Shown here: in pieces, positions 38,765 to 47,381 of the stretch
Layout: each line of letters begins with the position of its first letter
Numbering within the stretch: the first letter of the stretch is position 1
Assembly: GCA_964386625.1 (NCBI GenBank)
Contig: CAYLTF010000001.1
Span: 1-61,058, forward strand
Direction of reading: 5' to 3'
DNA: 61,058 nt
DNA from: an uncultured Akkermansia sp.
GTDB taxonomy: Bacteria > Verrucomicrobiota > Verrucomicrobiia > Limisphaerales > UBA9464
The notes under the pieces: generated by a model
The model's database searches: none
What the model was told of the DNA's origin: nothing
Seen by the model: only the letters and a program-made list of their open reading frames with translations
Position numbers and translations under genes: made by a program

Positions 38765-41644
38765 GTGGCGACCAAAGAGCGGACAGAAGAATCCAGCAGG
38801 GACCGGATCTGGGTCGACAGCCAGGGCATGCTGCTGATCCTGGTGGCGGTGGTGCTCTCCGCGGCGATGATCTCCTACGATCGCCTCGACCTGGGGGTGA
38901 ACACCACGGAGCCCAACGCCGCCATCCGCAATTGGATGGGGCGTTTCGGTGCGTGGATGGTCTACGAGCTGCAGCTGATGCTGGGCATCGGCATCTGGGT
39001 CCTGCCGGTGCTGTTGCTGGGTTTCGGGTGCGCCTCCTTCATCCCTTCGCTGCGGTACCTCCGCCGCTGGCGCTCGTTGATCGCCTCGGTGGGGTTGTTG
39101 ATCGCCTGCGTCGGCGTGCTCGACCTGTGCGAGCGATGGATTCCCGGTGTCCAGTTCCGCAAGAACAGCGGGCCGGGGCCCGGGGGGTTGCTGGGACATC
39201 AGATCAACAATGCGTGGGTCGAATACTCGGTCGGTCGCATGGGGGCCGCGGTGACCTACGTGATCATCTACCTGGCCAGCCTGCTCTTCCTCACCGACCA
39301 CCAGCTGCTGGTGTGGGTCCGCCAGCTCTGGGTGCGCGTGCCCAGGACGCCCGAGGAGAAGCTGGCCGCGGAAGAAGCGGCGATCGCCAAGAAGGCCAAG
39401 GCGTTGGAAAAGAAGGCCCGGGAACTGGCCAAGCAGGCGACCGAGGAGCCGGAGACCCCGGCCCCGGCCGCGGTGCCCGCCAAGGCGTCCAGGGCCAAGG
39501 CGGCGCAAGCCGCGGCCCTCTCTTCCGCCGAGGGTGAGCCGGAACCCTCCGGGCTGGGGGCCGACCTGCGCCCGGTTCCCGAGGTGACCATCCGCGACCT
39601 GAGCATTCCCCAGCCGCGCGAGGCCCGCCCCGTCCAAAGCGGCGATGTCATCAAGGCCGACGAGATCGCGGCCGTGGCCACCCCTGCGGTGCCTGATCGA
39701 GACCAGCCTGCGAGGTCGCGGAAGACCCCGTCGGTGGCCGAGCGGATCCTGGGCCGACGTCCGGGGGTCGACCTCGATGAGGCCGAGACCGACACCGGCG
39801 AGGATCAGTCGCCGGAGGAGGACCCGACGAATCCGTTCGCCCGGCGCGGTGACCCGGAGCCTCCCGGCGACACCGAAGACGAGGACGCCCCGCCTTGGGA
39901 CCGCCCCGAGGACGCGGTCCAGGCCCAGGTCCCCGCCGAATCGCTCCCCGTGGCGACGCCTCCGCAGGCCCCGGCTCCCGCCCGGCCGCGCGGGGCGATG
40001 CAGACCCGCAAAGCCAAGCCGATCACGGTGGCCATGGCCCCGGTCATCGGCAATTACCGCCTGCCTTCCATCGATCTCCTGAGCCTTCCGGACACCACGG
40101 TCAAGCCGACCGAGACCAAGGAGGAGCTCATGTCCAATGCCCGGCTGATGGTCCAGACGCTGGCCCAGTTCGGCATCGAGGTCGCCCCCGGCGACATCAC
40201 CAAGGGCCCGACCATCACGCGCTACGAATTGCACCCGGCCCCGGGGGTGAAGCTCGAGAAGATCGCCGGCCTGACCAACAACATCGCCGCGGCCCTGAAG
40301 GCCGAGCGCTTGAACATCCTGGCGCCGATTCCCGGCAAATCGTCGGTGGGTGTCGAGGTGCCCAATGCGGTCAAGACCAAGGTCATCATGCGGGACCTGC
40401 TCGAGGCCCCGGAGTGGCAGACCAGCAAGGCCCGCATCCCGCTGGCCCTGGGCAAGGACGTCTACGGCAACCCGATCATCGCCGACCTGGCCGAGATGCC
40501 CCACGTGCTCATCGCCGGCAGCACCGGCTCGGGCAAATCGGTCTGCATCAACACCATCATCGCCTCGCTGGTGTACCGCTTCAGCCCGGACCAGCTCCGG
40601 TTCGTGATGATCGATCCGAAGGTGGTGGAGTTGCAGCAGTACAATGCGTTGCCGCACCTGGTGGTGCCCGTGGTGACCGACCCCAAGAAGGTCATCCTCG
40701 CCCTGCGCTGGGTGGTCAACGAGATGGAGAAGCGCTACCAGATCTTCGCCCGGGTCGGGGTGCGCAACATCAAGTCGTTCAACGAGCGCCCGAAGGAGAA
40801 GCCGCTGCCGCCCCAGGAGCCGGAATTGCCGCTGACGTCCCGCAAGGAGCGGGTCGAGCCCGGGGCCGACGGGTTCGCCGTCGAGATCGACGAGCAGATC
40901 GTCGTCCCGCGCGACGAGGACATCGTCATCCCCGAGAAGCTCTCCTACATCGTGGTGATCATCGACGAGCTGGCCGACCTGATGCTCGTGGCCCCGGCCG
41001 ATGTCGAGATGGCCATCGCCCGCATCACGCAGATGGCCCGCGCCGCGGGCATTCATTGCATCGTGGCGACCCAGCGGCCGTCGGTGGACGTGATCACCGG
41101 CGTCATCAAGGCCAACATCCCGGCGCGCATCGCGTTCCAGGTGGCGGCGAAGGTCGACTCCCGCACCATCCTGGACCAGATGGGCGCCGACAAGCTCCTC
41201 GGCAAGGGCGACATGCTCTACCTGCCGCCCGGGTCGGGGCGGTTGATCCGTGCGCAAGGCGCGCTGATCACCGACGCCGAGATCGAGGCCGTGATGAACC
41301 ACATCAGCGTGCAGGGCAAGCCGAGCTACGAGCCCGAGATCCATCAGGCCCTGCAGAAGGCCCAGAGCAGCATGGGTTCCTTGCCGCTCGATCCGGACGA
41401 CGAGGGGGGCAGCGAGGACGACGAGCTCATCCAGAAGTGCATCGATGTCATCCGGACCGAGAAGAAGGCGAGCGTGTCGTTGCTCCAGCGCCGCCTCAAG
41501 CTGGGTTATGGGCGGGCCGCGCGGATGATGGACGAACTCGAGGACCGTGGTGTGGTCGGGCCGAGCAAAGGGGCCGAGCCCCGGGACATCCTCATCGACC
41601 TCGACGGTGAGGGTTACGACGGCGGCGGCCAACGTCTGGTCTGA
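38765..41644 (+). CDS. ftsK: DNA translocase FtsK/SpoIIIE
   Basis: N-terminal TM helices, a long Pro/Ala/Glu linker, a motor domain with Walker A (GSTGSGKSV), VIIDELADLM and ATQRPSVDVITG, and a C-terminal gamma winged helix (SVSLLQRRLKLGYGRAARMMDELE). The start is ambiguous: GTG 38765 is preferred, and ATG 38828 is the alternative. Confidence 0.9.
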   Translation: MATKERTEESSRDRIWVDSQGMLLILVAVVLSAAMISYDRLDLGVNTTEPNAAIRNWMGRFGAWMVYELQLMLGIGIWVLPVLLLGFGCASFIPSLRYLRRWRSLIASVGLLIACVGVLDLCERWIPGVQFRKNSGPGPGGLLGHQINNAWVEYSVGRMGAAVTYVIIYLASLLFLTDHQLLVWVRQLWVRVPRTPEEKLAAEEAAIAKKAKALEKKARELAKQATEEPETPAPAAVPAKASRAKAAQAAALSSAEGEPEPSGLGADLRPVPEVTIRDLSIPQPREARPVQSGDVIKADEIAAVATPAVPDRDQPARSRKTPSVAERILGRRPGVDLDEAETDTGEDQSPEEDPTNPFARRGDPEPPGDTEDEDAPPWDRPEDAVQAQVPAESLPVATPPQAPAPARPRGAMQTRKAKPITVAMAPVIGNYRLPSIDLLSLPDTTVKPTETKEELMSNARLMVQTLAQFGIEVAPGDITKGPTITRYELHPAPGVKLEKIAGLTNNIAAALKAERLNILAPIPGKSSVGVEVPNAVKTKVIMRDLLEAPEWQTSKARIPLALGKDVYGNPIIADLAEMPHVLIAGSTGSGKSVCINTIIASLVYRFSPDQLRFVMIDPKVVELQQYNALPHLVVPVVTDPKKVILALRWVVNEMEKRYQIFARVGVRNIKSFNERPKEKPLPPQEPELPLTSRKERVEPGADGFAVEIDEQIVVPRDEDIVIPEKLSYIVVIIDELADLMLVAPADVEMAIARITQMARAAGIHCIVATQRPSVDVITGVIKANIPARIAFQVAAKVDSRTILDQMGADKLLGKGDMLYLPPGSGRLIRAQGALITDAEIEAVMNHISVQGKPSYEPEIHQALQKAQSSMGSLPLDPDDEGGSEDDELIQKCIDVIRTEKKASVSLLQRRLKLGYGRAARMMDELEDRGVVGPSKGAEPRDILIDLDGEGYDGGGQRLV

Positions 41645-41818
41645 GCGCCGAGTTCGCGGGGCGGGGGGATCCTGGGCCTCGGGCGGCCGTGGGGCCGCAA
41701 CCAGCGCACGCGGGTGCTCCTCCTCCTCCGGAGGGGGCAGTGCTCGTGTGCGGGCGCATCTCACCTTGAGAAAGCTCTGGCGCGGAACTATGAAAGGGGA
41801 AAACAAGGTTCTCCCAGC

Positions 41819-43114
41819 ATGCCTCTCCCCCGACCTTCCTCATTCAACGGCGACACCCTCAGCATCATCATGGGCGGGGGGCAGGGAACCCGGCTCTTTC
41901 CGCTGACCCGCGACCGAGCCAAGCCGGCCGTGCCGTTGGCGGGCAAGTATCGCCTGGTGGACATCCCCATCTCGAACTGCATCAACAGCGGGCTCCGTCG
42001 CATCTACCTGCTGACGCAGTTCAACTCGGCCTCGCTTCATCGGCATGTTTCGCAGAGCTACAAGTTCGACCACTTCAGCGGCGGGTTCGTCGAGTTGCTG
42101 GCGGCGGAGCAGAGCTTCTCAAGCACCAGTTGGTACCAGGGCACGGCCGACGCGGTCCGCAAGAACCTTCAGCACTTCAAGAACAACGACTTCGAATACG
42201 CGCTGATCCTCTCGGGCGACCAGTTGTACCAGATGGATTTCCAGGCGGTCCTCCGCGCCCACATCGAGCATTCGGCCGACCTCACCGTGGCGACCATCCC
42301 GGTCGCGGCCCGCGAGGCTTCCGCGCTGGGGATCATGCAGGTCAATGCGGAGAATCGGATCACCCGATTCGTCGAGAAGCCCAAGGATCCCGCCGTCCTG
42401 GAGTCCATGAAGCTGGATCGGGAGAGCTACCCCAAGTTCGGCATCCGGCGCGACGAGGATCTGTACCTCGCGTCCATGGGCATCTATGTCTTCAACCGCG
42501 AGGTGCTTTTCGACCTGCTGAACAACAACCACACCGACTTCGGCAAGCACATCATCCCCGGGGCCATCGAGAATCACCGGGTGTACTCCTACATCTTCCA
42601 GGGATACTGGGAGGACATCGGGACCATCCGGAATTTCTTCGAGGCCAGCCTCGACCAGACCAACGACCGTCCCCAGTTCGACTTCTTCAACCCCACGGTC
42701 TTCACGCGGCCCCGCTATCTCCCGGCAACCCGCATCGAGAGCGCGGCCATCGACCATGCGGTGATCGCCGATGGTTGCACCATCGACCACGCCCAGTTGC
42801 GCCACGCGGTGGTGGGCATCCGGTCTATCCTCGATGCGGGCAGTTCCCTCCACCGGGTGGTCATGATGGGGGCTGATTTCTACGACAGTGCGGAGAAGCG
42901 CAACCGGCCTGAGAACCAGGGGATCCCCATCGGGGTGGGCCGTGGAACCCGCATCGACAACGCGATCATCGACAAGAACGCGCGCATCGGTCGCAATTGC
43001 ATCCTGTCCCCCGAAGGCAAGCCGGCCGACGTGGATCATCCGCTGTACTACATCCGGGATGGGGTCTTGGTGATTCCGAAGGGTGCGGTGATCCCGGACA
43101 AGACGGTCATTTGA
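41819..43114 (+). CDS. glgC: Glucose-1-phosphate adenylyltransferase
   Basis: IMGGGQGTRLFPLTRDRAKPAVPLAGKYRLVDIPISNCINSG, WYQGTADAV, FVEKP, and a C-terminal left-handed beta-helix. Start at ATG 41819. Confidence 0.9.
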   Translation: MPLPRPSSFNGDTLSIIMGGGQGTRLFPLTRDRAKPAVPLAGKYRLVDIPISNCINSGLRRIYLLTQFNSASLHRHVSQSYKFDHFSGGFVELLAAEQSFSSTSWYQGTADAVRKNLQHFKNNDFEYALILSGDQLYQMDFQAVLRAHIEHSADLTVATIPVAAREASALGIMQVNAENRITRFVEKPKDPAVLESMKLDRESYPKFGIRRDEDLYLASMGIYVFNREVLFDLLNNNHTDFGKHIIPGAIENHRVYSYIFQGYWEDIGTIRNFFEASLDQTNDRPQFDFFNPTVFTRPRYLPATRIESAAIDHAVIADGCTIDHAQLRHAVVGIRSILDAGSSLHRVVMMGADFYDSAEKRNRPENQGIPIGVGRGTRIDNAIIDKNARIGRNCILSPEGKPADVDHPLYYIRDGVLVIPKGAVIPDKTVI

Positions 43115-43241
43115 CCCGGGGTTCTCAAGGGCTGTCGGCCGCAGGTCGGCTGGTTGCCTGTTCCAAGACTGGAACTGGATCGGTTTGCAAAATGATCGCT
43201 TGCCTCACCGGAAGGATAGCCATTAGGATCCTCCTTCCTTT

Positions 43242-43270
43242 AAGGTAATCGGCCCAAAGGTAATTGGCCC
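43242..43270 (+). repeat. Tandem 14-nt direct repeat upstream of rpsP
   Basis: aaggtaatcggccc, one spacer a, then aaggtaattggccc (one mismatch). It ends 27 nt before the rpsP ATG, inside a locally AT-richer leader. Confidence 0.6.
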
Positions 43271-43297
43271 GAGAACCGGGCAAGAACACACATTTCT

Positions 43298-43549
43298 ATG
43301 GTTCGTATTCGTCTGAAGCGCGGCGGCAACAAGAACAACCCGGTGTACCGGATCGTGGTGGCCGATGGACGCAGTCCCCGGGACGGCAAGTTCATCGAAG
43401 AAATCGGCACCTACAATCCGAAGGTCAAGGGTAACAACTACACCTTGAACCTCGATCGCGCCCAGTACTGGGTCGGTGTCGGTGCGCAACCGAGCGAGAC
43501 GGTGGCTTCCTTCATCAAGAAGTCTGCCAAGGTGGCCGCTGCCGCCTGA
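43298..43549 (+). CDS. rpsP: 30S ribosomal protein S16
   Basis: MVRIRLKRGGNKNNPVYRIVVADGRSPRDGKFIEEIGTYNP is canonical S16. Confidence 0.95.
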   Translation: MVRIRLKRGGNKNNPVYRIVVADGRSPRDGKFIEEIGTYNPKVKGNNYTLNLDRAQYWVGVGAQPSETVASFIKKSAKVAAAA

Positions 43550-43578
43550 TTCCCTGCCGTTCCTGACCCGTTGTCGCC

Positions 43579-43815
43579 ATGCAGGCCTTCCTCGAGTTTG
43601 TGGTGAAGGAGTTGGTGGATGAACCGGAAGCGGTCTCCGTCACTCCCGTCGAACGTGGAGGCCTTACGGTGTACGAGGTCCGAGTGGCCCGCCCGGATGC
43701 CGGCAAAATCATCGGCCGGCGGGGAGGCACCATCCAGGCGATCCGATCGGTGCTTCAAGTGGGGGCTGCCAAGGCGGGGCGCCGTTGCACGGTCGACCTC
43801 GTCGAAGACGAATAG
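43579..43815 (+). CDS. KH-domain RNA-binding protein (YlqC/UPF0109 family)
   Basis: 78 aa with the GKIIGRRGGTIQAIRSVL GxxG KH motif. It occupies the conserved position after rpsP. Confidence 0.85.
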   Translation: MQAFLEFVVKELVDEPEAVSVTPVERGGLTVYEVRVARPDAGKIIGRRGGTIQAIRSVLQVGAAKAGRRCTVDLVEDE

Positions 43816-44366
43816 TCGGCCCGTTGTCCGCCGGGGATTCCTGGTCGGACATCATGCGGTTCCATCGAGACCGTTTCCGTCGGTTCCTCCCGGAAGTTTC
43901 AACCCGGGCTCGGGATCGTGCCGGACGGGGCTGTGGATTCCGAAACCGAGCCTCCAGGTCGGTGGGGCTTCACTGGCGTCTTCAACTCGCAATGGTCCCG
44001 AGATCCCGAGATCCCGGCTTTGTCGGCGGTAACCGGTCTGCGGCTGGCGTTGGCGGGGCGGTCTTTGGCGCGGATCGAACCGTGGGCATTTGGCCTTGGG
44101 TCTTCGGAGACCTCGACCTTCATCGCCGCGGTTGGGGGAGACTCACCTCCTGCCCCATGGCGATGGAGTACGCCGATGGTTGGGGGTTGCCCGAAATCCT
44201 GAGGTGGGTGGGTATCCTGGGCCGGTCGGTTCGCGAATGCGCGCGAGAAAGCTCATCCGTCGCCGGGAAACTGAACTTTCAGCCGACGCCCTCTTGGGGT
44301 TGCCCCCCGGAGCGGGAAGCAAGAATGCGGGGACGCCGATTTCCGGGTGTCGGGAGAGCCAAATGA
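43785..44366 (+). CDS. ORF occupying the rimM position; coding status doubtful (divergent or decayed RimM?)
   Basis: This 193-aa ORF exactly fills the gap between the KH-protein gene and trmD, and it ends in an ATGA overlap with the trmD start. However, it is Arg/Trp/Gly-rich, its third-position GC is clearly lower than in neighbouring genes, and only faint RimM-like strings are visible (HRDRFRRF; [24 protein letters not shown]). Confidence 0.3.
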   Translation: MHGRPRRRRIVGPLSAGDSWSDIMRFHRDRFRRFLPEVSTRARDRAGRGCGFRNRASRSVGLHWRLQLAMVPRSRDPGFVGGNRSAAGVGGAVFGADRTVGIWPWVFGDLDLHRRGWGRLTSCPMAMEYADGWGLPEILRWVGILGRSVRECARESSSVAGKLNFQPTPSWGCPPEREARMRGRRFPGVGRAK

Positions 44367-45058
44367 AGGTCGATATCTTAACCCTGTTTCCGGAGATGTT
44401 CTCAGGTCCCCTGGACGAGAGCATCGTGGGGAGGGCGCGCAAGTCTGGGATCCTGGATCTCAAGATCCACCATCTCCGGGATTGGGCCCATGACCGGCAC
44501 AAAACGGTCGACGACCGACCGTTCGGTGGCGGGCCAGGGATGGTCCTCAAGCCGGAACCGATCTTTGAAGCAGTGGAGTCCCTTCGGGGACCGGAGACGC
44601 GGGTGATCCTCACCGCGCCCGGCGGTCGTCCGTTCAACCAGGCCGTGGCCGGTGAGATGGCGAACCTCGGGCATGTGATCCTCATCTGCGGGAGTTACGA
44701 GGGGTTCGACGAGCGGATCTGGGAGCACCTCGCCGACGATGCCTTGAGCATCGGCGACTACGTGCTGACCAACGGAGCCTTGCCCGCGATGGTCATCGTG
44801 GACACCGTGACGCGCCTGTTGCCCGGAGCCCTGGGCGACGCCATGAGCGCCTCCGAGGAATCTCATGGTGACGGATTGCTGGAATACCCTCACTATACCC
44901 GGCCTGCGGAATTCCGCGGTTGGTCGGTGCCCGAGGTGTTGATGTCCGGGAACCACGCCGACATCGCGCGCTGGCGGCAACGCGAGTCGATGAGAAGGAC
45001 GGCCGAACGTCGTCCCGACCTTTGGGAAAAGTACCGCTGGCGAAAACCGGGGAAATAG
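44363..45058 (+). CDS. trmD: tRNA (guanine37-N1)-methyltransferase
   Basis: [45 protein letters not shown] and YPHYTRP motifs. Start at ATG 44363. Confidence 0.95.
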   Translation: MKVDILTLFPEMFSGPLDESIVGRARKSGILDLKIHHLRDWAHDRHKTVDDRPFGGGPGMVLKPEPIFEAVESLRGPETRVILTAPGGRPFNQAVAGEMANLGHVILICGSYEGFDERIWEHLADDALSIGDYVLTNGALPAMVIVDTVTRLLPGALGDAMSASEESHGDGLLEYPHYTRPAEFRGWSVPEVLMSGNHADIARWRQRESMRRTAERRPDLWEKYRWRKPGK

Positions 45059-45289
45059 CCCAAGCTGTCGGTTCTCCCGATTCGGAGAGGGACAGGATGC
45101 TGAGGAACAGCGGCCTGGAAGTCCCCGGCGATCGGGTGGAATCACGCGAAAACGGAGAGATTGATCGAGAACAGAGCAACAAGGCAGCACGGATCTGAAT
45201 CGGGGAAACCGCCCGCGTTCGGGAGAAGGGGCTCGAAGGAGTTCGGTCTGCAGAAGAATTTCAGGAGAATTTTTTAAGAGAACATAGCC

Positions 45290-45658
45290 ATGAACAAGGC
45301 CGCATTGTTTGACAAAATCGAGGGCGAGCAGTTCCGCAAGGAAGCCGCGAAATTCAACGTGGGCGACAGCGTCCGGGTGCACACCAAGGTCGTCGAAGGC
45401 GACAAGGAGCGCATCCAGATCTTCGCGGGTGTGGTGATCGGAGTCCGCGGTCGCGGCTTGAACCAGACCTTCACCGTCCGCCGCATCAGCTACGGCGAGG
45501 GCGTCGAGCGCATTTTCCCGACCCATTCCCCCCGCGTGGAGAAGATCGAGGTCGAGCGTCAGGGCTCGGTCCGTCGCGCCAAGCTGACCTACCTTCGCGG
45601 CCGCATCGGCAAGGGAGCCATGGCGGTCAAGGAAAAGGACACGCTGCTCGCCGCCTGA
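45290..45658 (+). CDS. rplS: 50S ribosomal protein L19
   Basis: [60 protein letters not shown] is canonical L19. Confidence 0.95.
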   Translation: MNKAALFDKIEGEQFRKEAAKFNVGDSVRVHTKVVEGDKERIQIFAGVVIGVRGRGLNQTFTVRRISYGEGVERIFPTHSPRVEKIEVERQGSVRRAKLTYLRGRIGKGAMAVKEKDTLLAA

Positions 45659-45706
45659 ACGGGCGTCGACGGTCATTGCGCCCCTCGTTCCGGGGGGCTG
45701 CCGAGA

Positions 45707-45740
45707 GGTCCGGTGCGTCATGCACCGGGCCTTTTGTTTT
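45707..45740 (+). terminator. Rho-independent terminator after rplS
   Basis: 10-bp stem ggtccggtgc/gcaccgggcc (one G-U pair), 5-nt loop, then TTTTGTTTT. Confidence 0.6.
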
Positions 45741-45946
45741 GGGTGCGCCCGGCGGGGCCCCCACCAACGCAAGGATCCCGACCGGGGGGGATTCCGTGGT
45801 CCGGGAGGGCGTCCGTGCGACCTCGCGAAAGGTCCTGAAAACGGCCGCCGGCAGGATCGTGGTGTCCGCCGGAAAAACCGGGGGCTTGGGGGTTGACACC
45901 CACCGGTTTTTGAAGTGCTGTGGGACTTCACAATCCCCTCACTTCG

Positions 45947-47308
45947 GTGCTCACGATCCTGGGTCCAAAAAACTCGTCCTGCGGCTTCTGCGACGGCGTG
46001 TCGCGGCGCGGATTCTTGCGCGTCGGCGCGCTGGGCATGGGCGGCTTGGGGTTGTCGTCCCTGCTTCGTGCCGAGGCCTCCGCCGGTCTTCGCCCGGCGG
46101 GCCGCTCCCACAAGGCGGTGATCCTCGTTTTCCTGCCTGGCGGCCCTAGCCACCAGGACATGTTCGACCTGAAGCTCGATGCGCCCGCCGAGATCCGGGG
46201 TGAGTTCAATCCGATCCCCACTTCGGTGCCCGGGTTGCAGATCTGCGAACACCTTCCGCGCATGGCCCGGGTGATGCATCACTGCACGGTGATCCGGTCC
46301 ATGGTGGGCATGGAAGACCGTCACGAGGCGTTCCAGACCTACACCGGGCGACTCAATCGCAACCAACCGCCCGGTGGTTGGCCATCCATGGGGTCCTTGT
46401 TGGCCAAGCTCCAGGGATCGGGCGACCCGGCCATCCCGGCCTCGATCGGATTGGCTCCGAAGATGGGCCATGCCCCGTGGTCCGACAATGGTGTGGCCGG
46501 TTACCTGGGCGCCGCCTACGCGCCGTTCGAGATCAACAAAGGCGGCGGCAAGGACGACATGGTGCTCAACGGCATCACGCTCGACCGCCTGGCCGACCGT
46601 CGGGCGCTGCTGGCCTCGCTCGACGGGTTTCGGCGCGAGGTCGATGCGAGTGGCCAGGTGGCCGGGGCCGACGCCTACACCCGCCAGGCCTTCGGGATCC
46701 TCACGTCCAGTCGGCTGATGACCGCGCTGGACCTCAAGAACGAGGACCCCAAGGTGGTCGAGCGGTACGGCAAGGGCGATCCGCGCAATCGCGACGACGG
46801 CGCACCCAAGCTGATGGAGCAGTTCCTGGTGGCCCGGCGTCTGGTGGAGGCGGGTGCCCGTTGCGTGACACTGGCGTTCAGTCGATGGGACCATCACGGC
46901 GACAACTTCGGTGCGCTCCGCCAAGACCTCCCGTTGCTGGACCAGGGACTCAGCGCGCTCATCACCGATCTTCATGAGCGGGGGCTCGATCGCGACGTGT
47001 CGGTGCTCGTCGCGGGCGAGTTTGGCCGGACCCCCACCATCAACAAAGATGGCGGCCGCGATCACTGGCCTCGGGTGGGCTTCTCGCTCCTGGCCGGTGG
47101 TGGACTCCGACATGGCCAAGTGATCGGTTCGACCGACCGATTGGGCGGCGAGGCCGATTCTCGCCCCACCACCTTTGGCGAGGTCCACGCGACCTTGTAC
47201 CACGCCTTGGGTTTGGACGTGAACAAGGTCACCGTGCCGGACCTGACGGGCCGGCCGCAGTTCCTGGTCGATCCCGGGGTTCAACCGATGAAGGAGCTCG
47301 TCGGATGA
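45947..47308 (+). CDS. DUF1501 domain protein (Tat-signal, sulfatase/phosphatase-superfamily-like), copy 1
   Basis: SRRGFLRVGALGMGG twin-arginine signal, then VFLPGGPSHQDMFDLK, WDHHGDNF and GEFGRTPTINKDGGRDHWP, the typical DUF1501 blocks. GTG 45947 is chosen by alignment with the N-terminus of the paralog. GTG 45920 is the alternative. Confidence 0.85.
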   Translation: MLTILGPKNSSCGFCDGVSRRGFLRVGALGMGGLGLSSLLRAEASAGLRPAGRSHKAVILVFLPGGPSHQDMFDLKLDAPAEIRGEFNPIPTSVPGLQICEHLPRMARVMHHCTVIRSMVGMEDRHEAFQTYTGRLNRNQPPGGWPSMGSLLAKLQGSGDPAIPASIGLAPKMGHAPWSDNGVAGYLGAAYAPFEINKGGGKDDMVLNGITLDRLADRRALLASLDGFRREVDASGQVAGADAYTRQAFGILTSSRLMTALDLKNEDPKVVERYGKGDPRNRDDGAPKLMEQFLVARRLVEAGARCVTLAFSRWDHHGDNFGALRQDLPLLDQGLSALITDLHERGLDRDVSVLVAGEFGRTPTINKDGGRDHWPRVGFSLLAGGGLRHGQVIGSTDRLGGEADSRPTTFGEVHATLYHALGLDVNKVTVPDLTGRPQFLVDPGVQPMKELVG

Positions 47309-47381
47309 CTGCCCATCTCCATTCATCGGGAGCGCCGCTTTTCCGTGAACACGACGGGCTCCTCTCGACGTCTGCCTAGCC

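Noticed and set aside
43816-44202. In-frame continuation of the KH-protein gene for 129 codons past its TAG, which might suggest stop-codon readthrough or recoding.
   Set aside because: The KH protein is already full length at 78 aa. The downstream translation has no recognisable domain and weak codon bias, and open frames of this length arise by chance in GC-rich DNA. It is kept only as part of the rimM-slot observation.
45893-45925. A TTGACA hexamer upstream of the first DUF1501 gene, considered as a -35 box.
   Set aside because: No acceptable -10 element sits at 16-18 nt spacing (TGCTGT only), so it is too weak to report as a feature.
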